From assembly GCA_035541355.1 (NCBI GenBank), contig DATKNN010000013.1:80922-144921 (forward strand): DNA of 64,000 nucleotides, in the 5' to 3' direction. The notes under the pieces were generated by a model. It had not been told where the DNA came from. It saw only the letters and a list, made by a program, of their open reading frames with translations, and ran no database searches. Position numbers and translations under genes: made by a program. Every line of letters begins with the position of its first letter. Position 1 is the first letter of the stretch. This DNA comes from Puia sp. Lineage in GTDB: Bacteria > Bacteroidota > Bacteroidia > Chitinophagales > Chitinophagaceae. Positions 29,980 through 40,243 of the stretch are shown here, piece by piece.

Positions 29980-29987
29980 CAAAGATA
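29980..29987 (-). promoter_or_regulatory. Bacteroidota -7 promoter box of trhO
   Basis: Minus strand TATCTTTG(CAGC), 51 nt upstream of the ATG. Confidence 0.7.
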
Positions 29988-30095
29988 ACAAGAATGTTAC
30001 GATTATTACACAGCTATTGTTATTAAAACTGTTTTGCAGGTTAGCAATATTTTTCCGTTTGGGTTATCTCCACTAACTTAATATCAAAATCATGT

Positions 30096-30707
30096 ATGCG
30101 CACCCCATTGCAAAAAGGAGAAAAAATTTTACTGGTCACCTACACCAGTTGGGTATCATTAATAAGACCTGCCCTTGCAACATTTATTCTTGTTGCCTCC
30201 GGGATATTCTTAATTCAATACTTCGTATATAGCTGGGCGCTGTCGGTAATGGCACTCATTTATTTCCTGATAAAATATTTTGAATGGAAAGCAAATATAT
30301 GGGTGGTAACGAGCAGCCGTGTTGTTGATGAAACCGGCCTGTTCCGGCATTATGCCAAAGAAAGCCCTTTGGAAAAAATAAATAATGTTTCGTACGACCA
30401 GAATGTTTGGGGAAGGATTTTCAATTACGGGCATGTAGAAATCCAAACCGCTGCCGAAGTCGGCGCAACTGATTATTATAATGTTCATCATCCAAAAAGA
30501 TTGAAAGACACCATTACACAGGCACAGGCAGACCTGGATAATTATAAGGCAGCATATCATGCAGAGCAAATTGCTACCGCATTAGGCAACTACAACAATT
30601 CATCACCGAATATTTCCCGGGAACTTGAAAAATTATACGACCTGAAACAAAAAGGGGTTTTGTCTGAAGAGGAATACATCAAGGCAAAAAATAAATTACT
30701 GGGATAA
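30096..30707 (+). CDS. Bacterial PH-domain membrane protein with C-terminal SHOCT domain
   Basis: Two TMs, WVVTSSRV...LEKINNVSYDQ...GHVEIQTA (bPH) and ELEKLYDLKQKGVLSEEEYIKAKNKLL (SHOCT). Confidence 0.88.
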   Translation: MRTPLQKGEKILLVTYTSWVSLIRPALATFILVASGIFLIQYFVYSWALSVMALIYFLIKYFEWKANIWVVTSSRVVDETGLFRHYAKESPLEKINNVSYDQNVWGRIFNYGHVEIQTAAEVGATDYYNVHHPKRLKDTITQAQADLDNYKAAYHAEQIATALGNYNNSSPNISRELEKLYDLKQKGVLSEEEYIKAKNKLLG

Positions 30708-30748
30708 CTAATTATTGTTACCAGAATAGTTATATAACAATAATACTC

Positions 30749-31600
30749 ATGTTCAAACTAAATCAATCCATGATTTACAAAATGCATGCTTTCTTTTTGA
30801 TTTTTGTGCTCTTTTTTTTATTTGCAAATATTACTGATGCACAAGTATCCAAGTTCAAAGTCATTGCATTTTATACAGCAAAAAACGACCTGGCCCACAT
30901 TAGTTTTGTACATGAAGCGAACAGGTGGTTTCCACAGGTAGGCAGGCAATATGGATTCGAATACGATTCCACCGATAACTGGAATAACCTCAACCAGGAT
31001 TTTCTTTCGCAATACCAGGTAGTACTTTTCTTAGACACCCGGCCTGATAATCCAATACAGAGGGAAGCTTTCAAAAAATTTATGGAAAACGGAGGCGCAT
31101 GGATGGGTTTTCATTTTGCCGGTTTCGCATTAAAAGCTTCCGACTTTCCTCAAAACTGGGATTGGTACCATAATGAATTTATCGGTTCAGGGCAATATAA
31201 AGGCAATACATGGCACCCGACAGCTGCGATTTTAAAAGTGGAAGACAGCACTCATCCGGTTACCAAAGGATTGCCTCAAACATTCAAATCATCACCTAAT
31301 GAATGGTATAGCTGGGAAAAAGATTTACGTAGGGATCAGGATATAAAAATTTTACTCTCTATCGACACTTCAAGTTTTCCCCTTGGCAACGGGCCAAAAC
31401 CTTATGAGATATGGCATAGTGGTTATTATCCTGTAGTATGGACAAACAGAAAATACCGGATGGTGTACGTAAATATGGGGCATAATGATATTGATTACGA
31501 CCATCATACCAATAAAGAACTATCGTTTCAATTCGCAAATGAAATCCAGGATAAATTAATCATTAATGCGATAATGTGGCTCGGGCAAAAAAATAAATGA
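30749..31600 (+). CDS. Secreted ThuA-like domain protein
   Basis: Signal peptide, GGAWMGFHFA, HPVTKGLP, NEWY and YVNMGH motifs of the ThuA / class I glutamine amidotransferase-like fold. Confidence 0.85.
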   Translation: MFKLNQSMIYKMHAFFLIFVLFFLFANITDAQVSKFKVIAFYTAKNDLAHISFVHEANRWFPQVGRQYGFEYDSTDNWNNLNQDFLSQYQVVLFLDTRPDNPIQREAFKKFMENGGAWMGFHFAGFALKASDFPQNWDWYHNEFIGSGQYKGNTWHPTAAILKVEDSTHPVTKGLPQTFKSSPNEWYSWEKDLRRDQDIKILLSIDTSSFPLGNGPKPYEIWHSGYYPVVWTNRKYRMVYVNMGHNDIDYDHHTNKELSFQFANEIQDKLIINAIMWLGQKNK

Positions 31601-31602
31601 CT

Positions 31603-32058
31603 TCAATCCCATACAAATTTCCAGGAGCCATCTTTTTGCCTCTTCCAAACAGTGTGAAAAATGCCCTGATGTTCATCAATCTTGTTGCCGGCGCTGTCGT
31701 TCAGTTGCCAGGAATATTTTCCGTAAGTATATCCCATTGATCCATCATCAGAAGCATCTGCAAAATCTACGGACCATTTGAGTGTTGTGCTTTTATGAAA
31801 CGGTGCAGAGTAAAAACTGTCAATACCGGATTTTTTAAAAACCAAAGAATCATTTCCTCGCTTTATTACTGCATCATTGTCGCAGTAAAACAGGAATGCC
31901 GCCTTGATCCCTTTCTCAGCAGCCATTCTTGCAAACTCATTTTCAGATTTAATAATTTCCTTTTTTGCTTCTTCTTTTAAATTATCCTGATCTGTTGTGC
32001 AGGCAAAAAAACATATCAAAGAAATTATAGTGCTTCTAAAAAAAACAGAATGTGGCAA
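31603..32058 (-). CDS. DUF4440 / NTF2-like lipoprotein
   Basis: FFAC lipobox-like, ASDDGSMGYTYGKY and FHTVWKRQKDGSWKFVWD. Confidence 0.85.
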   Translation of the reverse strand: MPHSVFFRSTIISLICFFACTTDQDNLKEEAKKEIIKSENEFARMAAEKGIKAAFLFYCDNDAVIKRGNDSLVFKKSGIDSFYSAPFHKSTTLKWSVDFADASDDGSMGYTYGKYSWQLNDSAGNKIDEHQGIFHTVWKRQKDGSWKFVWD

Positions 32059-32106
32059 TGTATATTTTTTGAAATAAAATTATAACAAAACGGAGAGATA
32101 ATACAG

Positions 32107-35100
32107 TTATCTTATTAAAGTAACTGTTCCTTTTATAAATATTTTTCCCTTGGCATTCGACCCGCTAATAAAAAAAACGTACACACCTGCATCCTGCATT
32201 TTGCCGTTGAAAGTACCGTCCCACCCTTTGGAGACATTATTAGTAGTAAAGATTCTATTTCCCCATCTGTTGTAAACAGAAAATTCTTTTAAATCAAGAG
32301 TTACATCAGCGGGTATCTTGAATATATCATTAACACCGTCTCCGTTTGGTGAAAAAGCCGACGGCATATATAAAATTTTGTATATTTTAACAGCAGCTGT
32401 TGCAACTGATTTACATCCTTTGTCGCTAGTTGCTGTAAAACTAAACAGGGTATTTTCCGTCAATTGCTTTGTAGTTGTAAGTAATAAACCAGGAGTAGAC
32501 AAATCATTTGCGGGGTTCCATTCGTACGAAATCACATCAGGAGAAACAGAAGCATGCAAATCAATCGTGTTACCATAGTTGATTACAGTGTCTGCAGGCG
32601 ATACACTTATGACAGGCAAAGGATCAATAACAGGAGAGACAATATTAGAACTTACAGTTGAAGAACTACAAGCACCGGTACCGGGCACTACCTCACAAAA
32701 TATTTTGTCGCCATCAGACAAAATACTACTGCTAAAAATGTTTGAATGATCGTTTTGAGTAATACTGTTTATGAACCATTCGTAAGCTGGCGATACCCCT
32801 GCATCCTGAACAATTGCATTGAAAATGATAGTATCCCCTTGACAAATTTCATTTGCGGATGGAGTAATACTAACACTTGGTGCAGTTATGTTTTTTACGA
32901 ATATGGTCTTTGCGGCAGATGTAGCCGAGTTGCTCAATGCACAAGTATATAAAGGATCAACGGTAATAACACAAGTAACAACATCTCCACTGGAGAGTGC
33001 TGCTGTCGAATAGTCTTTGCTGTTCACACCCACATCTAACCCGTTAATCTGCCACTGATAGCTTGGGTTGCTGCCAGCATGTGCGGCTGTTGCTATGAAA
33101 TTTGCCGTCATACCTGCACAAATAGTATCTGCATCCGTTTGTATGGTTACAGAGGGATCTGCCTTGCTGGCAACAGTAATCGTAATTTTATTCGATTGCG
33201 CATTGTTAACTGTGGCACATGCGTAAGCCGGGTCTATTGTCATAAGGCAAGAAACAATATCCGAATTTGCTAATGAATTACTTGAAAAAGTATTGCTGTT
33301 TGATCCTGTATTAATCCCATTCACCTGCCATTGATAAACCGGATTTATTCCTGCATTTACGGGTGAAGCATTAAATAGAACTGTTGAACCGGAACAGATC
33401 GTATCAATTGATGCAGCTATTTTTACTGAAGGAGGGGCACTTGTACCCGCACTCATTTGTACAGCATTCGAAGTCGCATATCCGTTAACCACACAACTTG
33501 AGGCATCATAATATCTGCAAACAATAACATCACCGCTTTTTAGCGCACTGTTTACATATTGGGCTCCGTTAGTGCCTGTATTAAGGCCATTAAGAAGCCA
33601 CTGATAAATGGGCGAGGTTCCTGCATTTGATACAGAAGCATTAAAAGTAACAGTAGTGCAGTTGCAAATAATCGTATTGTCAGATGATATCGTTATGATG
33701 GGGTTGATAGCATTAGTTGTAGTATTAATTGTAATATTATCACTTGCCTGCCAAAAAATATTTTCGCAGGGGGTGCTTCCATTCGTAATTGTACAGCTTA
33801 CATTTTCATTGTTCACAAAATCTGACGCTGTATATGTTGAATTATTTCCGCCCACATTTACCCCATTTCTTGCCCATTGGTATACCGGATTGACCCCTGC
33901 GTACAAAACATTTGCTTGTAGTGTGGTAGATGCTCCTGCACATATATTTCCTGCAGGGTTAATTTTTATCGAAGCAGCCGGAGGTGTATTTAGGGGCGGG
34001 GTTAATTTAATGATCCAAAAATCATCACAAGTTCCCAGGTTGGAAGGTGTGTGATAACCACTGATATTACTTGAACAGGTGCTTCCTGCAACTACCGCAC
34101 CTCCATCAGTCGTTTCTTTTACGCAATGCCCCTCATCATATAGGTTGCCTCCCAAATCTTTCTGCCAGATTAAATTGCCTGCGTTATCAATTTTAATAAC
34201 CCACACATCCGTGTACCCTGAGTTGCATGCCAGATCCCCGTTGTTTGATTGTGCCGAGCCGGTAACAAGATAACCTCCGTCTTTTGTAGGATAAATATTA
34301 TATGACACCTCCCCACCACCACCTCCGTAGCATTTTTGCCAGTTAACCGTACCGCTGTTGTTCATTTTTACCACCCAGAAATCACTACTGCCATGGTTAC
34401 CAGACACATCTCCATCATTGGAGACCGTAAAGCCTGCAAAAATATAACCACCATCAGAAGTATTTTGAATTGACCAGGCCTGGTCTGAAGAACTGCCGCC
34501 CACCGCTTTCTGCCACTGTATATTACCATTAACATCTAATTTTACAATCCATGCGTCAGTATTGCCGTGGTTACCTGTAACATCTCCGTCATTAGATTGA
34601 GTAAGCCCTCCGACTACGCAACCTCCGTCTACTGTCGCAACTACTGCATTCGATTCATCATCGCCACTGCCTCCAAGAGTCTTTTGCCATTTTAAATTTC
34701 CTGAAGCATCTATTTTTATTACCCAATAATCTCTTGAGCCATGGTTGCCGGAAACATCTCCATCATTCGATTCAGTAAACCCACTTACAAAACAACTTCC
34801 ATCCGCAGCAAGCGCCATTGCCAATCCATAGTCATTCTGGCTACCTCCATACATTTTCTGCCAAACAATTTCTCCTTTGTTATTGAGTTTTACAACCCAA
34901 TAATCCAGGCCTCTGTGGTTTCCGGTTATATTACAATCAACTGAAGCCGAGCTGCCCGCAACTATATAACCGCCATCAGAAGTTTGACGAATAAAGCCCC
35001 CTGTTTCCATGGAATTACCCCCAAGACATTTTTGCCACTGAATATTTCCAGTATTATCAAGCTTCACTACCCAGAGATCGTTTAAAGCAATATTACCGTG

Positions 35101-35334
35101 ATAACCCATAATATCTCCATTGTCAACGCCCTCCGTATATCCGGCAGCAATATATCCGCCGTCCGATGTAAGATCGATTGACCAGGCATAATCTCCATTA
35201 TTACCTCCAAGGCACTTTTGCCATTCCACATAAGGCAACGATGATTGAGCTGAAATTACCTGCGGGGAGGAAAGAATACAAAAAAAACATAAGGCATTCG
35301 CAAGCGTCATGTTGATTTTATAGATAATATTCAT
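32107..35334 (-). CDS. T9SS type B sorting (gliding-motility-associated C-terminal) domain protein with beta-propeller and Ig-like repeats; start uncertain (35310-35352)
   Basis: Seven WQKxxGG repeats, five PxY[QE]WxxN[GS] Cys-containing repeats, and C-terminal PSAFSPNGDGVND...YNRWG...WDG...KGTVTLIR. Confidence 0.92.
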   Translation of the reverse strand: MNIIYKINMTLANALCFFCILSSPQVISAQSSLPYVEWQKCLGGNNGDYAWSIDLTSDGGYIAAGYTEGVDNGDIMGYHGNIALNDLWVVKLDNTGNIQWQKCLGGNSMETGGFIRQTSDGGYIVAGSSASVDCNITGNHRGLDYWVVKLNNKGEIVWQKMYGGSQNDYGLAMALAADGSCFVSGFTESNDGDVSGNHGSRDYWVIKIDASGNLKWQKTLGGSGDDESNAVVATVDGGCVVGGLTQSNDGDVTGNHGNTDAWIVKLDVNGNIQWQKAVGGSSSDQAWSIQNTSDGGYIFAGFTVSNDGDVSGNHGSSDFWVVKMNNSGTVNWQKCYGGGGGEVSYNIYPTKDGGYLVTGSAQSNNGDLACNSGYTDVWVIKIDNAGNLIWQKDLGGNLYDEGHCVKETTDGGAVVAGSTCSSNISGYHTPSNLGTCDDFWIIKLTPPLNTPPAASIKINPAGNICAGASTTLQANVLYAGVNPVYQWARNGVNVGGNNSTYTASDFVNNENVSCTITNGSTPCENIFWQASDNITINTTTNAINPIITISSDNTIICNCTTVTFNASVSNAGTSPIYQWLLNGLNTGTNGAQYVNSALKSGDVIVCRYYDASSCVVNGYATSNAVQMSAGTSAPPSVKIAASIDTICSGSTVLFNASPVNAGINPVYQWQVNGINTGSNSNTFSSNSLANSDIVSCLMTIDPAYACATVNNAQSNKITITVASKADPSVTIQTDADTICAGMTANFIATAAHAGSNPSYQWQINGLDVGVNSKDYSTAALSSGDVVTCVITVDPLYTCALSNSATSAAKTIFVKNITAPSVSITPSANEICQGDTIIFNAIVQDAGVSPAYEWFINSITQNDHSNIFSSSILSDGDKIFCEVVPGTGACSSSTVSSNIVSPVIDPLPVISVSPADTVINYGNTIDLHASVSPDVISYEWNPANDLSTPGLLLTTTKQLTENTLFSFTATSDKGCKSVATAAVKIYKILYMPSAFSPNGDGVNDIFKIPADVTLDLKEFSVYNRWGNRIFTTNNVSKGWDGTFNGKMQDAGVYVFFISGSNAKGKIFIKGTVTLIR

Positions 35335-35461
35335 GGCTCCTAAAAATAACATTCTCTCTTCATATAAATAAATTTATTGAATTCCCTTTTCATAATGTAA
35401 TCCTTAAAAGAGTGATCCTTTATTTGGTTTTTTTAAAGGACGTTTGATTAATTTTGGCTAT

Positions 35462-36292
35462 ATGCCGCTATTTTTTTCATCTATCAATTCAGGAAGCAAC
35501 GGTAATTGCTATTATATCGGCAATAATGATGAAGGTGTATTAATTGATGCCGGCATTTCCTGCAGGGAAACTGAAAAAAGGATGAAGAAACTCGGTCTTG
35601 ATATGCAAAAAGTGAAAGCTATTTTTGTTTCACATGAACATTCAGATCATATCACCGGCATTCCCGGCATTTCCAAGAAATACCAGTTGCCTGTTTATAT
35701 AACTGATCAAACTTTCAGTAACAGCAATATTCCGGTTGAACAGCACCTCATCCGTTCATTCGCACCTTACCAGCCAATTTGTGTCGGATCCATATCCGTT
35801 CTTCCTTTTCCAAAATCACATGATGCCGCAGATCCGCACAGTTTCATGATTTCTCAAAACAATATGCACATTGGCGTATTCACTGATATCGGATATGCCT
35901 GTAAACATGTTATTAAACATTTTACACAATGCCACGCGGCGTTTCTGGAAAGCAATTATTGTGATGATATGCTGGAAAAAGGAAATTATCCGGAATCTTT
36001 AAAAAGAAGGATCCGCAGTAAGGAGGGGCATCTTTCAAACAGCCAGGCGCTCGGGCTTTTTTTAACACATCGCGGTAAGCAGTTGAGCCACCTGGTACTG
36101 TCTCATCTTTCCCGGAATAATAACAGCATGCAATTGGTAGAAGATACATTCAGCCCACATGCAGGTAATACAAAAATGATAATCGCATCACGATATAAAG
36201 AGACAGAAGTTTTCTGCATTGATGAAAAAAATACGCTTTCTGTTGCAACAAATAAAAAATCCCGTTCTCACCAACAGCTTACTTTATTTTAA
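35462..36292 (+). CDS. MBL-fold metallo-hydrolase (YycJ/WalJ-like)
   Basis: SGSNGNCY, LIDAG, SHEHSDH, SHDAADP, GHLSN, HLSRNNN. Confidence 0.9.
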   Translation: MPLFFSSINSGSNGNCYYIGNNDEGVLIDAGISCRETEKRMKKLGLDMQKVKAIFVSHEHSDHITGIPGISKKYQLPVYITDQTFSNSNIPVEQHLIRSFAPYQPICVGSISVLPFPKSHDAADPHSFMISQNNMHIGVFTDIGYACKHVIKHFTQCHAAFLESNYCDDMLEKGNYPESLKRRIRSKEGHLSNSQALGLFLTHRGKQLSHLVLSHLSRNNNSMQLVEDTFSPHAGNTKMIIASRYKETEVFCIDEKNTLSVATNKKSRSHQQLTLF

Positions 36293-36376
36293 TCTCATGG
36301 CACGTATCTGCAGCAAACTTTTTTACCCATCTTCCCATCACAACAACGCTCCCTGATCCCTGTTCAAGCAGGCTTC

Positions 36377-37579
36377 TTAATATATCTGTTCATCAAACGG
36401 CATTTCATTTTCAATCGACAATTCCCTCTTCACCAAAAACCTATTTTGCCATGCGGCAACAGCAGCAGCAAGTTCCATCAATATCAGCAGTGATAAAGCT
36501 TTTGAAAGATTTGCTTTTTCAGAAATAAAACCGATCACAGAAGGGCCTGTCAGGAAACCGATTAATCCTCCTGTTGTTACCATCGCAAAACCTTCCACGG
36601 TACTCACGCCAGGAATATTTGCCGATGCACTGAATAATACCGGCACGATACAACAGCAGCCAAAACCTATCATCATATACCCAAGTATGGCTAGGGAAAC
36701 TACGGGCGACAATACCACTACTGCAAACCCGCTTGCAGCCAGCAAACAACCTGCCGTAACTATTTTTTTACCGCCGATTTTCGCAATCAGTGAGTCTCCA
36801 TTCAATCTTCCAACAGTCATGGCTACTGAAAAACCTGCATAACCCAGGCTCACCAGGGCTTTTGGCGCATTCAGAGCTTCTTTAAAATAAATGGCGCTCC
36901 AGTCTGCCACGCAACCTTCAGCCATAAAACTCACCATGCAGATAAATGAAATGCCGAGTATGGTTAATGAAGGCAATTTAAAATCGGAACGGGAATGAAT
37001 AACATCGGTATTTGCCAATAAATGTTTTCTGTTTGAAATCATGATAATGATTATTACAGCTGCAACCAGTACTATCTGTATCCCGGAAGGAACATGCACC
37101 GCAAATAATAAAGCTGCAACAGCTGCGCTGGTAGCGCCACCCAAACTATACATGCCGTGGCAGGTGCTCATCATGAACCGGGAATATTTTTTTTCCAGGA
37201 TATTTACTGTCGCATTCGATGAAACGCCATTCAGAAAACTGAATAGCCCGTAACAATACAGGCAAATCCAGAACATCATCCTGTTTACTGAATTAATCTG
37301 TAAAATCATAATGATGCAAATCAGTGAATATCCGGTCATCATCCATCTGCCCACTGGAATTTTGCTGAATACCCGCGTAGAAAACAACATACCCGTTATA
37401 GCGCCCAGCGGTGAAAGCAAGAGCGACAAACCGAGGCTGCCATCAGTAAAAGCAAGCCTGTATTTGATTCCGGGTATTGCTGCCACCCAGATGCCAAACA
37501 AAAGGCTCGACACGGAAAACAGAAAACCTACTGCCAGCGCCGGCTTTATTTTAATAAAAGAAGAAATATTTTTGATCAT
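36377..37579 (-). CDS. MFS transporter
   Basis: About 12 TM segments; STCHGMYSLGG, AEGCVADWSAIY and GRLNGD motifs. Confidence 0.9.
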   Translation of the reverse strand: MIKNISSFIKIKPALAVGFLFSVSSLLFGIWVAAIPGIKYRLAFTDGSLGLSLLLSPLGAITGMLFSTRVFSKIPVGRWMMTGYSLICIIMILQINSVNRMMFWICLYCYGLFSFLNGVSSNATVNILEKKYSRFMMSTCHGMYSLGGATSAAVAALLFAVHVPSGIQIVLVAAVIIIIMISNRKHLLANTDVIHSRSDFKLPSLTILGISFICMVSFMAEGCVADWSAIYFKEALNAPKALVSLGYAGFSVAMTVGRLNGDSLIAKIGGKKIVTAGCLLAASGFAVVVLSPVVSLAILGYMMIGFGCCCIVPVLFSASANIPGVSTVEGFAMVTTGGLIGFLTGPSVIGFISEKANLSKALSLLILMELAAAVAAWQNRFLVKRELSIENEMPFDEQIY

Positions 37580-37587
37580 CTCGGCGC

Positions 37588-37595
37588 CAAAATTA
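37588..37595 (-). promoter_or_regulatory. Possible -7 promoter box immediately before the MFS start
   Basis: Minus strand TAATTTTG ends only 8 nt upstream of the ATG. Confidence 0.45.
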
Positions 37596-37662
37596 ATTAA
37601 TTGTGCAATTGAAGTAAGAAAGGATTTGTGTAACAGGGATTATTGCTACTATTCAACTTTTC

Positions 37663-37681
37663 TTGCGTCGCACCCTTGTAC
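37663..37681. repeat. REP-like intergenic repeat, copy C (partial)
   Basis: TTGCGTCGCACCCTTGTAC matches the reverse complement of copy A at 16 of 19 positions. Confidence 0.55.
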
Positions 37682-37735
37682 TTCAGGGAGCCTATTCAGC
37701 AAAAAAATCCAGGCAAGAAATATGGCGATGGTATT

Positions 37736-38473
37736 TCATCGGCCAGGGTGTTCCTGATTCCAGATGTCTAAAAAAGATTTACTGGCGTCTAAAATATATT
37801 TATAATACTCCCAATCGGTATTGAATGTTTTCAGAAATTCATAAGTTGGCCGGTAATCTCGCATAAAAGAATCAAGTAAAGGTGGTTCAAGCCCGGTTAC
37901 TTTTTTCACTACATTTTTTGTAAACCGGTGATCAATATATTTCTGCTTTTCCTCATCTTCAAGTCTTTGCTGAAAGGCAATCAACCTGCGTTCTTTTTTT
38001 CCATTAAAAAACATATCCATATCAAGATCCAGTCCTACACCGGCTCCACGTTTATTGGGTTTGATACCGTTGAGATATTCCGCCCCTCCGTAGTTAAATA
38101 TTTTCTGATACTCCCTGCGGTTTTCAATGGAATCAAGCCCGTAACTTCTTGACATCACCGATACTGAAGGTAAGGAATCCACCGCTACATCAATGCTCAT
38201 ATCAAATTGCCTTGGGTCAGGTATTTCACTTACCGGGAATTTTAAAGTGGCCTTATTGAGGTACGAAAAAAAGATCGAATCTTTCCCAGGCAGCCTGATT
38301 GCATAATGCCCTGATGAATCCGTAATGGTTCCGGTTCCGGAGGTATCCATCACTGTTACGCCACGCATGGCAATCGTTTGCGTACGGTCGTATACAGTAC
38401 CCTTTATCAGCACCTGCGCCTGCATTAGATTATCACACAGCAACAATAAACATATCAAAATCCTTACACGCAA
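37736..38473 (-). CDS. Secreted protein with carboxypeptidase-regulatory-like N-terminal domain
   Basis: Signal peptide; IKGTVYD...GTITDSSGHYAI...DSIFFSYL; C-terminal IDHRFT...DSFMRDYRP motif. Confidence 0.8.
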   Translation of the reverse strand: MRVRILICLLLLCDNLMQAQVLIKGTVYDRTQTIAMRGVTVMDTSGTGTITDSSGHYAIRLPGKDSIFFSYLNKATLKFPVSEIPDPRQFDMSIDVAVDSLPSVSVMSRSYGLDSIENRREYQKIFNYGGAEYLNGIKPNKRGAGVGLDLDMDMFFNGKKERRLIAFQQRLEDEEKQKYIDHRFTKNVVKKVTGLEPPLLDSFMRDYRPTYEFLKTFNTDWEYYKYILDASKSFLDIWNQEHPGR

Positions 38474-38650
38474 AGTTTCAGTAAATTTATCGGCAGGTAA
38501 ACTAAATCACTATTTATATCTGTAAGAAAAAACAAAACCGATTAACAATTTTTTTTCAAAATCTGGAGTTATTGTAAAGGATGCTATCAGCGGTGTCGGT
38601 CGCTTTTAAAGATTTCCCGGCGAATATAATATGACAACAAATAATAAATT

Positions 38651-39415
38651 ATGGCAACAAAAAAAATCTATATCACATTTATAGCGCTGGCTTGCCTGGC
38701 AGCAGGCGCGTGCAGCAATGAAGACAAACAAAAAACTGTTGACAGTACAAAAGATTCCACCTCTTCAAAAGGCACTGTTCAACCGCCGAATGATTCAACG
38801 GACAATATGAAACAGGCAGACAGCACAACTGTTGCTTCCCCAATCAAGGCTACTGATGTAAAAAAAGGTGTTTCAAATAAAGTAAATGATGTATCAAAAA
38901 CCGAACCCAGGAAAGGAGCAGAAGCAATTAAAGTGGCAGATGAAAAAACACAGTCAACTGTTGCTGCAGTGGCAGATGCCGGTAAGACCGCAGCACGAAA
39001 AACTGATAGTGCCGTTTCTAGCGCAGCCGCAAAAACAGGGCCGCCCATAACAAAAAAAGAAAGCAAAACTGCTGATGACGAAGGGCTGATACCGGCTAAC
39101 GTTGCAGACAACAGTAAATCTGTTGCACCTAAATACGGCATTATTCCCCGCGATGCCAATGAAAATAATATCAGCAACTTTAAAAGCGCTTTTCCTGATC
39201 AACGCACTCTTGTCAGGATAAATTTTGATGCTGATCCTGATACAGAAATGCAAAACACCAAAATTCAAATAATAAATGCACTCAAAAAATCAGGATATAA
39301 CAATATCAGTAATAAATCAATCACGTTTCACCCTTCACGCATGCCAAAAGATATTCATTATGAATTGCAGCATGACGGATCTGTGGTGATATGGGTACAA
39401 CCTGCAAACCCATAA
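38651..39415 (+). CDS. Hypothetical lipoprotein with a long low-complexity linker and a small C-terminal domain
   Basis: Lipobox AGAC; ~140-aa K/D/S/T/A-rich segment; folded-looking final ~90 aa. Confidence 0.75.
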   Translation: MATKKIYITFIALACLAAGACSNEDKQKTVDSTKDSTSSKGTVQPPNDSTDNMKQADSTTVASPIKATDVKKGVSNKVNDVSKTEPRKGAEAIKVADEKTQSTVAAVADAGKTAARKTDSAVSSAAAKTGPPITKKESKTADDEGLIPANVADNSKSVAPKYGIIPRDANENNISNFKSAFPDQRTLVRINFDADPDTEMQNTKIQIINALKKSGYNNISNKSITFHPSRMPKDIHYELQHDGSVVIWVQPANP

Positions 39416-39416
39416 T

Positions 39417-39437
39417 AAAACCCCCTTATAAAAGGGG
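39417..39437 (-). terminator. Short terminator between convergent genes
   Basis: CCCCTT-ataa-AAGGGG hairpin preceded by AAAA on the + strand. Confidence 0.45.
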
Positions 39438-39439
39438 CA

Positions 39440-40213
39440 TTAAAATAACTCCGCATTTGATTTTAACTGCAATAAAGCAGTCAATGCAGCAGCAACTCTT
39501 AGTTTAGTTTGCCCGTCCAGATAATGGCTGAGCCAGATAATATTCTTGTTCAACCCGAACATCCCTCCTCCAAAATACTGAAGGGCAGCAATGGGCTGAG
39601 CATTTTCAAACAGTTCATAACCCAATGCAGGTGGTTTCACAGTACCAGCTGACTTTGCTGGCACAATGAATATTTTTCTGCTGCCATTAGTAAAAATGCC
39701 TTGAGCTTTAAAACCATTTTCCGTTCCAGCATTTTCAAATTCACTCATCAGCAAAATCCAATTTTCGACAGTATCAGTTTGCAGGGTAATGAATACAGAA
39801 AAAATGCTTTTCCCATACACCAATTCATTTTTACCGATAAAAAAATGAGGCAACAATTCCACTTCCTGAACAGCTTTTGTCTCCATGGCATTCAATGCAT
39901 TCACATTTGCAGTATCTTTTCCTGTTTCAGCAAGTCTGAATGAAAATTTTTCTGAAGATTTATTATTTGTTCTGGTATCCAACAAATCCGTTTTATAGTT
40001 TGTCCTCATCCAGTTCAGTTTGCCAGATATAACAGCATATTGGCCAAAACTGAATTTCCATATCTTCCCAAACCATTTCGAACCCATCTTCACTGTTAAC
40101 TCATCCGAATTCATTTTCAAACTGTCGCTTATCACAATGCTTTTATCCTGTGCTGAAATATTAGTGCTAAAGATCAATATAAAACAACTTAGCAAAAAAT
40201 ATCCTCCTCGCAT
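39440..40213 (-). CDS. Hypothetical secreted protein
   Basis: 257-aa ORF with a signal peptide ending SAQD and beta-rich composition; family not recognised. Confidence 0.7.
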   Translation of the reverse strand: MRGGYFLLSCFILIFSTNISAQDKSIVISDSLKMNSDELTVKMGSKWFGKIWKFSFGQYAVISGKLNWMRTNYKTDLLDTRTNNKSSEKFSFRLAETGKDTANVNALNAMETKAVQEVELLPHFFIGKNELVYGKSIFSVFITLQTDTVENWILLMSEFENAGTENGFKAQGIFTNGSRKIFIVPAKSAGTVKPPALGYELFENAQPIAALQYFGGGMFGLNKNIIWLSHYLDGQTKLRVAAALTALLQLKSNAELF

Positions 40214-40243
40214 AAATTATCATTAGTGTGAAAGAAATTAATT

